NCBI RefSeq assembly: GCF_020745735.1 | Contig: NW_026867487.1 | Span: 2,480,001-2,544,000 of the forward strand | Length of the DNA: 64,000 nucleotides | DNA from: Hemiscyllium ocellatum | Taxonomy: Eukaryota | Reading direction: 5' to 3' | Program-made: the position numbers and the translations under genes | Part shown: positions 39,101 to 48,860 of the stretch, piece by piece | Numbering within the stretch: the stretch's first letter is position 1 | Layout of the letters: every line of letters starts with the position of its first letter | Notes under the pieces: generated by a model | Seen by the model: only the letters and a program-made list of their open reading frames with translations | Database searches by the model: none | Told to the model about the DNA's origin: nothing

Positions 39101-42100
39101 CCCATCAGTGCCTGAACATCTCCCCCACACTCCTTCAATCCCATCAGTGAGTGAACATCTCCCCCACACTCCTTCAATCCCATCAGTGAGTGAACATCCC
39201 CCCCACACTCCTTCAATCCCATCAGTGCCTGAACATCTCCCCCACACTCCTTCAATCCCATCAGTGCCTGAACAACTCCCCCACACTCCTTCAATCCCAT
39301 CAGTGCCTGAACATCCCCCCCACACTCCTTCAATCCCATCAGTGAGTGAACATCTCCCCCACACTCCTTCAATCCCATCAGTGAGTGAACATCCCCCCCA
39401 CACTCCTTCAATCCCATCAGTGACTGAACAACCCCCCACACTCCTTCAATCCCATCAGTGACTGAACATCCCCCCCACACTCCTTCAATCCCATCAGTGA
39501 CTGAACATCTCCCCACACTCCTTCAATCCCATCAGTGACTGAACATCTCCCCCACACTCCTTCAATCCCATCAGTGACTGAACATCCCCCCCACACTCCT
39601 TCAATCCCATCAGTGACTGAACATCTCCCCCACACTCCTTCAATCCCATCAGTGACTGAACATCTCCCCCACACTCCTTCAATCCCATCAGTGACTGAAC
39701 ATCTCCCCCACACTCCTTCAATCCCATCAGTGACTGAACATCCCCCCACACTCCTTCAATCCCATCAGTGACTGAACATCTCCCCCACACTCCTTCAATC
39801 CCATCAGTGAGTGAACATCTCCCCCACACTCCTTCAATCCCATCAGTGACTGAACATCCCCCCACACTCCTTCAATCCCATCAGTGACTGAACATCTCCC
39901 CCACACTCCTTCAATCCCATCAGTGACTGAACATCCCCCCACACTCCTTCAATCCCATCAGTGACTGAACAACCCCCCCACACTCCTTCAATCCCATCAG
40001 TGACTGAACAACCCCCCCACACTCCTTCAATCCCATCAGTGAGTGAACATCTCCCCCACACTCCTTCAATCCCATCAGTGACTGAACAACCCCCCCACAC
40101 TCCTTCAATCCCATCAGTGAGTGAACATCTCCCCCACACTCCTTCAATCCCATCAGTGCCTGAACATCTCCCCCACACTCCTTCAATCCCATCAGTGACT
40201 GAACATCTCCCCCACACTCCTTCAATCCCATCAGTGACTGAACATCCCCCCACACTCCTTCAATCCCATCAGTGACTGAACAACCCCCCACACTCCTTCA
40301 ATCCCATCAGTGACTGAACATCTCCCCCACACTCCTTCAATCCCATCAGTGACTGAACATCTCCCCCACACTCCTTCAATCCCATCAGTGACTGAACAAC
40401 CCCCCCACACTCCTTCAATCCCATCAGTGACTGAACAACCCCCCACACTCCTTCAATCCCATCAGTGCCTGAACATCCCCCCCACACTCCTTCAATCCCA
40501 TCAGTGAGTGAACATCCCCCCCACACTCCTTCAATCCCATCAGTGACTGAACATCTCCCCCACACTCCTTCAATCCCATCAGTGACTGAACATCTCCCCC
40601 ACACTCCTTCAATCCCATCAGTGAGTGAACATCTCCCCCACACTCCTTCAATCCCATCAGTGACTGAACATCTCCCCCACACTCCTTCAATCCCATCAGT
40701 GAGTGAACAACCCCCCCACACTCCTTCAATCCCATCAGTGCCTGAACATCTCCCCCACACTCCTTCAATCCCATCAGTGCCTGAACATCCCCCCCACACT
40801 CCTTCAATCCCATCAGTGCCTGAACATCTCCCCCACACTCCTTCAATCCCATCAGTGACTGAACATCCCCCCCACACTCCTTCAATCCCATCAGTGACTG
40901 AACAACTCCCCCACACTCCTTCAATCCCATCAGTGACTGAACATCCCCCCCACACTCCTTCAATCCCATCAGTGACTGAACAACTCCCCCACACTCCTTC
41001 AATCCCATCAGTGCCTGAACATCCCCCCCACACTCCTTCAATCCCATCAGTGAGTGAACATCTCCCCCACACTCCTTCAATCCCATCAGTGACTGAACAT
41101 CTCCCCCACACTCCTTCAATCCCATCAGTGACTGAACATCTCCCCCACACTCCTTCAATCCCATCAGTGACTGAACATCTCCCCCACACTCCTTCAATCC
41201 CATCAGTGACTGAACATCTCCCCCACACTCCTTCAATCCCATCAGTGAGTGAACAACTCCCCCACACTCCTTCAATCCCATCAGTGACTGAACATCTCCC
41301 CCACACTCCTTCAATCCCATCAGTGACTGAACATCTCCCCCACACTCCTTCAATCCCATCAGTGAGTGAACATCTCCCCCACACTCCTTCAATCCCATCA
41401 GTGACTGAACATCCCCCCCACACTCCTTCAATCCCATCAGTGAGTGAACATCTCCCCCACACTCCTTCAATCCCATCAGTGACTGAACATCTCCCCCACA
41501 CTCCTTCAATCCCATCAGTGAGTGAACATCTCCCCCACACTCCTTCAATCCCATCAGTGACTGAACAACCCCCCCACACTCCTTCAATCCCATCGGTGAC
41601 TGAACATCCCCCCCACACTCCTTCAATCCCATCAGTGCCTGAACATCTCCCCCACACTCCTTCAATCCCATCAGTGCCTGAACATCTCCCCCACACTCCT
41701 TCAATCCCATCAGTGCCTGAACATCTCCCCCACACTCCTTCAATCCCATCAGTGACTGAACATCTCCCCCACACTCCTTCAATCCCATCGGTGACTGAAC
41801 AACCCCCCCACACTCCTTCAATCCCATCAGTGACTGAACATCTCCCCCACACTCCTTCAATCCCATCAGTGACTGAACATCCCCCCACACTCCTTCAATC
41901 CCATCAGTGAGTGAACATCTCCCCCACACTCCTTCAATCCCATCAGTGACTGAACATCTCCCCCACACTCCTTCAATCCCATCAGTGACTGAACATCTCC
42001 CCCACACTCCTTCAATCCCATCAGTGACTGAACATCTCCCCCACACTCCTTCAATCCCATCAGTGACTGAACATCTCCCCCACACTCCTTCAATCCCATC

Positions 42101-43342
42101 AGTGACTGAACATCCCCCCCACACTCCTTCAATCCCATCAGTGAGTGAACAACTCCCCCACACTCCTTCAATCCCATCAGTGCCTGAACATCTCCCCCAC
42201 ACTCCTTCAATCCCATCAGTGACTGAACATCCCCCCCACACTCCTTCAATCCCATCAGTGACTGAACATCCCCCCCACACTCCTTCAATCCCATCAGTGA
42301 CTGAACAACCCCCCACACTCCTTCAATCCCATCAGTGCCTGAACAACACCCCCACACTCCTTCAATCCCATCAGTGAGTGAACATCTCCCCCACACTCCT
42401 TCAATCCCATCAGTGACTGAACATCCCCCCCACACTCCTTCAATCCCATCAGTGACTGAACAACCCCCCCACACTCCTTCAATCCCATCAGTGACTGAAC
42501 ATCCCCCCCACACTCCTTCAATCCCATCGGTGACTGAACATCTCCCCCACACTCCTTCAATCCCATCAGTGACTGAACATCCCCCCCACACTCCTTCAAT
42601 CCCATCGGTGACTGAACATCCCCCCCACACTCCTTCAATCCCATCAGTGAGTGAACATCTCCCCCACACTCCTTCAATCCCATCAGTGACTGAACATCCC
42701 CCCCACACTCCTTCAATCCCATCAGTGACTGAACAACCCCCCACACTCCTTCAATCCCATCAGTGCCTGAACAACACCCCCACACTCCTTCAATCCCATC
42801 AGTGACTGAACATCTCCCCCACACTCCTTCAATCCCATCAGTGACTGAACATCCCCCCCACACTCCTTCAATCCCATCGGTGACTGAACATCCCCCCCAC
42901 ACTCCTTCAATCCCATCAGTGAGTGAACATCTCCCCCACACTCCTTCAATCCCATCAGTGACTGAACATCCCCCCCACACTCCTTCAATCCCATCAGTGA
43001 CTGAACAACCCCCCACACTCCTTCAATCCCATCAGTGCCTGAACAACACCCCCACACTCCTTCAATCCCATCAGTGACTGAACATCTCCCCCCACACTCC
43101 TTCAATCCCATCAGTGACTGAACATCCCCCCCACACTCCTTCAATCCCATCAGTGACTGAACATCTCCCCCACACTCCTTCAATCCCATCAGTGACTGAA
43201 CATCTCCCCCACACTCCTTCAATCCCATCAGTGACTGAACATCTCCCCCACACTCCTTCAATCCCATCAGTGACTGAACATCTCCCCCACACTCCTTCAA
43301 TCCCATCAGTGCCTGAACATCTCCCCACACTCCTTCAATCCC
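33112..43342. repeat. 39-bp tandem array, ~262 copies (CCACACTCCTTCAATCCCATCAGTGACTGAACATCTCCC)
   Basis: Directly visible; the unit length is a multiple of 3, which explains the 1800-2000 aa repeat ORFs. Confidence 0.99.
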
Positions 43343-44230
43343 TGAGTCAGTCACGGTCAGTGTGGCCTTGGTGAGCCCAGGGCCAGGTTTCACAACAGGG
43401 TCTTACTGAGTGAGGTCTGAGGGGGAAACAGTGAAGGAGAAAACAGGAGGGAAAACACAGTGGGGGGGACATTCAAGGCTGGACAATGTTCTCAGCTCAG
43501 AAACAATTTGCTGCATGTGGAGCTGACACAGTCAGCGAAACATTTCGAGTGCGGTTTCCATCAATCATTGCTGAGATTACTTTTGGGTGTGTAACACTGT
43601 TTGCTGTTGATAAGGACATGGTCTAAAAAGCCATTTCCGTTGTTGATCTTGAGTGTAGCAGTGGGCCGGTTCTGTGAGCAACCCACTGACCTGTGTTGGG
43701 TGGGTGTTGGGGTTGGGGTTGGGGTTTTGGGCTATGGTGGAGGGGGTGGTCAGTAAAAAGTAGATGATCGCTCTGGCCTCATCCACTGCTCAGCTCTCCA
43801 AATCAGAAACAATGACTGGCCATTCAGCTGTGAAGCTGTAATTGTGAATGTTCACCTTCGTGATTACGCCGAAGTAAAGACACATATTTTGTATATATTG
43901 ATCGAGATAAAAATAAACAAGTCCACATGTTGTGAATTCATTCTTGGATGTAAATATACATTAGTAAATACATAGAAAGGACAAGACAGGGATAATGACA
44001 GACAGAGTGATTCACTCATACTGTTTCCTGCTACAAGGTCAGTCCTAATAGTTCAGACAGTGTTACTGGTGAGGGTGATACAGATACACTCAGTACTGTT
44101 AGTGATGCCAGTACAGTATTTATACTTCAGACAGTGTTATTAGTGAGGGTAACAATGTGGTGAGGATACAGAGTCAGTCAGTGCTGTTCCTGATACGGGT
44201 ACAGTACAAATATTCTAGACTGTGTTACTG

Positions 44231-44460
44231 GTGGAGTTTGCACATTCTCCCCGTGTCAGTGTGTTTCCTCTGGGTGCTCCGGTTTCCTCCCACAGTCCAA
44301 AAATGTGCAGGTTAGGTGAATTGGCCATGCTAAATTGCCCGTAGTGTTAGGTGCAGAGGTAAATGTAGGGGAATGGGTCTGGGTGGGTGCGCTTCGGTGG
44401 GTCGGTGTGGACTTGTTGGGCTGAAAGGCCTGTTTCCACACTGTAAGTAATCTAATCTAA
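44231..44460 (+). mobile_element. 5'-truncated HE1-type SINE
   Basis: Same body as 27118-27410, with a TAATCTAATCTAA tail. Confidence 0.85.
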
Positions 44461-46235
44461 TTGGTGTCAGTGAATTATTTAGATATCTGTTTGTGTTATT
44501 GAAGCAGGACATTCACTGAAACACTTTGCGGTATTACAATGGTACATGCTCTCCCGCCAATGGGAACAGACTATTGATGTTCACCTTGCTTATTTGGTCA
44601 TTGTTATTTGATCATTGTTATTTGAGCATTATCACATATTCTTCATTACAATCCAAATCTGCCAATAGATTTCCTTTTAGACTCAGTGTCAGCAATTCTC
44701 CCAGTTCACGCTGCTGCTGCTGCTACATCCCTCATCATAGATTCTGACACTAAGCTGCATTAATCTCTCCAACACAACTTCACTGCACATTATAATATCC
44801 CCAAGTTCCCCATTTTCACCCAGATCTTTGATCCTTTCCTCCATCTGGAATGCTTTTTTGGGGTCTTCTTTCATGCCTCTGTCCATTCCTCATTCCCCGT
44901 TGGGATTTCCTCTGTTTCAGTCTCTCAGGGACCCATGTTTACTCTCATTAATTTCTTCCTTCTTACATCCTTCACAAGCTTCCACAATCTCATTCTGTCT
45001 GTTCCTGATTTATTCCGTCAGTTTTCTTTTTCTTTATCAAAGATTCGGTGACCTTCACCTGAATTCTAATAGCCACCCAATCTTTAGGTTTACTATTCTC
45101 TCTGCTATTATAATGAATTCCTATGTCCTCACATCACTGGCTCACTCACCAGAGAGAATACTTACCCGATCCTCCTGAAACCTCTCACCAGCTATTAGGT
45201 TAGATTTTAACCGACTCTATTCCAGCAACTTGTACTTAAATAGCATCTTCGAGATTGACAAATGTTCTAAGGCACTGCATGGGAGGGATACAAAATGTAA
45301 ACTAACCCCAGGCATCAGTTGGGAGATATCAGATAGATGACCAAAGGGTTGGTCAAACAGTTGTGTTTTAAAGAGAATCTTAAAGGAGGAGGCAGGGGTG
45401 GAGAGGAGGGAGGGGTGGAGAGGAGGAAGGAGATTCCAAAGTATCAAATCCAAACATTTCCTCTTCATCATAACTGAAGGCCCTCATTTCTGGTTACCCT
45501 CCCCTGATCCCTGCCTGTGATAGTCACCATTTCCCCAGGGTGCAGTGCCTCGAGCTGTATTTCCTACATCATTGACCTGCCTGTCTGACTGAGCAGCTGT
45601 CAGGTTCCAAACTCCCGATTGCCCCTATTAGTGTCTGTGTTCTGTCCCTGAAAGCTCAGCATCATCAGATCTGCCTCTCACAAACTGTCGGAAATCACAA
45701 AGGGATTATTTTAATGGCATGGGCTGAGGGGTGTTACCCTTTGCCCAGAAATGTAACACTTTATTGTCTCGATCCCAGGAAAGACAATTTGTGATTATTG
45801 TTCTATATTTTATTACTTGGTCATGGAATGTGGGCATCATCAGCTGGACTATTGTTCATATGCAAAAATGCCCTTGAGAAAGTGCGGTGATCTGTCTATT
45901 TGACCTGCTGCAGTCCTGAGGGTGCAGTTGAAACTAATAGGAAGAGAATTCCAGCATTTTAACTCAGTGATGATGCAGGGACAGTGATGTCCTTCCAACT
46001 CAGGATGGTGTGTGAGTTGTGGGGGAACTTGCAGGTGATGGTGATCCCATACAGAAGCTGTCTTTGTCCTTCCATGTGGTAGGGGTCATGGGTTTGGAAG
46101 GGGCTGTTGAATGAGCCATGGTGAATTGATGTGAATGGTACAAACTGCTACCATTGTGGAGGTGTTGAATATTAATGGTGGTGGATAGATGCTGAACAAC
46201 CCAGCTGCTTTGTCCTGAATGGTGCCAAACTTCAT

Positions 46236-46856
46236 CAGGGAGTTATCTGTACACTGACTGGTGTCTCTCAGGGAGATATCTGTACACTGACTGGTGTCTC
46301 TCAGTGCCACCTCTCTCTCTCAGGGAGAGATCTGTACACAAACTGGTGTCTCTCAGTTCCATCTCTTTCTCTCTCAGGGAGATATCTGTACACTGACTGG
46401 TGTCTCTCAGTCCCCTCTCTCTCTCAGGGGGATATCTGTACACAAACTGGTGTCTCTCAGTCCCCTCTCTCTCTCCTTCCGTGAGATATCTGTACACTGA
46501 CTGGTGTCCCTCAGTCCTCTCTCTCTCTCTCAGGGAGATATCTGTACACTGACTGGTGTCCCTCAGTCCTCTCTCTCTCTCTCAGGGAGATATCTGTACA
46601 CTGACTGGTGTCCCTCAATCCTCTCTCTCTCAAGGAGATATCTGTACACCGACTGATGTCTCTCAGTCCCCTCTCTCTCAGGGAGATATCTGTACACTGA
46701 CTGGTGTCCCTCAGTCCTCTCTCTCTCTCTCAGGGAGATATCTGTACACTGACTGGTGTCCCTCAATCCTCTCTCTCTCTCTCAAGGAGATATCTGTACA
46801 CCGACTGATGTCTCTCAGTCCCCTCTCTCTCAGGGAGATATCTGTACACTGACTGT
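46236..46856 (+). repeat. ~50-bp VNTR (CAGGGAGATATCTGTACACTGACTGGTGTCYCTCAGTCC(CT)n), ~13 copies, just upstream of the V promoter
   Basis: About 13 GATATCTGTACA-type cores counted by eye; the (CT)n length varies between units. Confidence 0.95.
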
Positions 46857-47020
46857 GTACAGAGTGTGACAGGATCTTTAACCTGATTATTGCTGCGGAT
46901 CTGTAGCCTGTTGGAGTGAATTGAAATCTCTGCTGGAGGCGGGGACAGGAAGCTCTGTTTCTGGTTTCAGTGGGTGGAGCTGCTGGGGAAGTTGGTGAAC
47001 CCTCACTCACTTCACTCCCC

Positions 47021-47028
47021 TATTTAAA
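47021..47028 (+). promoter_or_regulatory. TATA-like box of the IgW V promoter
   Basis: TATTTAAA 95 bp upstream of the leader ATG; position is the only support. Confidence 0.5.
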
Positions 47029-47115
47029 CAGCACTGACTCTAGCTCCAGACAAAGGTGCTGCTGAAGCAGCCGGATTTCTGGAGTGTCTGACTCTGTCTC
47101 TGCTTCCACACGGCG

Positions 47116-47161
47116 ATGGGGATTACTCCTTATCTCTGTGTCCTCCTGCTCTGTCTGACAG
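47116..47161 (+). CDS. IgW: IgW leader exon (MGITPYLCVLLLCLT-G)
   Basis: ATG, hydrophobic signal peptide, G|GTGAG phase-1 donor, 122-bp intron ending in a pyrimidine tract and CAG. Confidence 0.95.
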
Positions 47162-47283
47162 GTGAGAGTTCCTGGGGCTTTCTCCCCACACAGTGAGGCT
47201 GCTTCTTCCCAGATTCTGGGACTCTCTGTTTATCTGACCGGTTTATTAAAGTGAACTCTCTTCTGTTTCTCTTTTATTCACAG

Positions 47284-47586
47284 GTATCCGCTCTCAGATC
47301 GTGCTGACACAGCCTGAGTCAGTTGTGAAAAAGCCGGGGGAGTCTGTCAGACTGACCTGTACAGTGAGTGGATTCAGCCTCAGCAGCTACTACGTGTCCT
47401 GGGTGAGACAGGTCCCTGGGAAAGGGCTGGAATGGTTACTTGCTTACAGACAAGGATCTAGCACTTACTACGCACCCGGAGTTAAGGGTCGAATCACGTT
47501 TTCAATCGAATCTTCGACAAAAACCTACATTGAGATTCCGAATCTGAGAGTGGACGACACCGCCATGTATTACTGTGCCAGATGGT
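47284..47586 (+). CDS. IgW: IgW VH exon (GIRS-QIVLTQPESVVKKPGESVRLTC...WVRQ...YYCARW)
   Basis: Open frame, both canonical Cys and the FR2 Trp present, followed directly by an RSS; IgW assignment from FR1 and the downstream C exons. Confidence 0.96.
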
Positions 47587-47625
47587 CACAGTGAGACGAA
47601 ATGGGGCTGGACTGGTACAAAAACT
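47587..47625 (+). promoter_or_regulatory. V 23-RSS
   Basis: CACAGTG, 23 nt, ACAAAAACT. Confidence 0.97.
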
Positions 47626-47961
47626 CACTGAGAGAATCTACAGTCAGTGGAATCAGTAAAACGGGGGAGTTATTACACACACACCCCTCAGTTACCAGCA
47701 CTGCTTCATTCCCATCCTGACTGTGTTGGGATTTGCTGGTCCTGGGAATGGGGAAATGGGATTATTCACTGCTAATTCCTGGCACTGGCGATACGATGGG
47801 AAAAGGAGCTCGGGACATGAACAAAGATCTCTCTGGACTGAAACAGGAGAGGGCAGTCCCTGGGCAGGGAGAATCAGAGCAGCATTACTCACTTGGAGCA
47901 GTGTCAGTGTGATCGGGTTAAATGTGAAGTGACTGGACTCAGTGTCAGGGAAAGGGGAGGA

Positions 47962-48047
47962 GGTTCAGGTATGGCTCCCTATCACAGTGTCTATATATAA
48001 CTGGGTGGCACAGTGAGAGAGATGGGGGCTCTCCCCATTCAAAAACC
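47962..48047 (+). other. D1 segment (47990-48008, TCTATATATAACTGGGTGG) with 5' 12-RSS and 3' 23-RSS
   Basis: GGTTCAGGT-12-CACAGTG [D] CACAGTG-23-TCAAAAACC; the 12/23 arrangement is typical of shark D1. Confidence 0.92.
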
Positions 48048-48384
48048 TGTCACTGGAAATCTATTTAAACTGCTCTCTCCGGGTGCTATCACTGGCTTTA
48101 CTTCCTGAGCTGTGGATATAAATCAGATCCAATTCAATAATCTGGGTGTGGGAACAACTTTCTGTGAAGATATCATTTGAAAGATGGAAGGAGCAGTGAG
48201 GAACAGAGAGAGGATGATGGAGAATGAAAACTCCTTGTGGATTCCCCAAGTTCCCATACGGCCCTGAAAACCCCCGGCATTGACTCCTGGAGTGTGGGAG
48301 ACACTTGGATACAGACTGGGGAGTTCATGAAGCTACCGCCCACTTGTTTGGGACATTTGATTTTGGGTTGGATCCTGTAGCTGT

Positions 48385-48453
48385 GGTTTCTGAGCCCGGC
48401 TGAAACACTGTGATGGATATACTACCACAGCAGCACAAAGCCTGACACAAACT
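48385..48453 (+). other. D2 segment (48413-48425, ATGGATATACTAC) with 12/12 RSSs
   Basis: GGTTTCTGA-12-CACTGTG [D] CACAGCA-12-ACACAAACT. Confidence 0.93.
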
Positions 48454-48778
48454 GTCCCGCTCCTAATGACTGTGTGTATCCATGGATTTCACATTCCTGT
48501 TTCCCAGAGTGAAATATCTAAACACTGACTGGGATTGTCAGGGAAAATGTCGATTCCTGGGAGAAAACAAGACAAAAAAGAGGCGATTCTTTTTATGGAT
48601 AACTTGCAGGAGCTGGTGTACCACAGACAGGAAAACTGTAAAAACACCTCATTTACAGATACATTTGAGACAGGATTAGGATGGAATTTCAGATGAAAAT
48701 ACAGGAAGTTGCTGCTCCGGGTTAAAACACAGTTTATGTTTAATTCCCTGGGGATTATTATATATCGAGCTTCGGGTC

Positions 48779-48860
48779 AGTTATTGTATTGGGTGAATGA
48801 AGAGACAGAGCACAGTGCTCAGGTACTGGGGGAGCGGGACCTTCCTGGAAGTGACTTCAG
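48779..48860 (+). other. JH segment (48818-48860, LRYWGSGTFLEVTS) with 5' 23-RSS
   Basis: AGTTATTGT-23-CACAGTG; WGxG motif; G|GTAAG donor at 48861. Confidence 0.95.

Noticed and set aside
33112-43342. CRISPR-like appearance, or a hammerhead in the array (minus strand CTGATGG)
   Set aside because: There are no unique spacers and the context is eukaryotic; CUGAUGG lacks A9 and there is no stem II or GAAA.
33112-43342. Classical switch region
   Set aside because: It lies upstream of V rather than in the J-C intron, is C-rich on the Ig sense strand, and the consensus unit lacks AGCT motifs.
32847-43393. Giant ORFs (up to 2028 aa; mucin-like PHTPSIPSVTEHL, and MGLKECGGDVQSL / DGIEGVWGRCSVT repeats)
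   Set aside because: They are the expected result of a 39-bp unit that is stop-free in three of six frames on both strands. The + ORF starts at TTG, has no signal peptide or splice context, its common variants are non-synonymous, and single-base indels break the frames repeatedly.
44010-44230. Three degenerate ~75-90 bp repeats (CAGACAGTGTTACTGGTGAGGGT)
   Set aside because: Real but short and decayed, with no RSS geometry or coding potential.
47917-47944. Extra 12-RSS-like motif (GTTAAATGT-12-CTCAGTG) just before D1, suggesting a third D
   Set aside because: The nonamer is only 5/9, the heptamer is degenerate, and no partner 3' RSS defines a separate coding segment.
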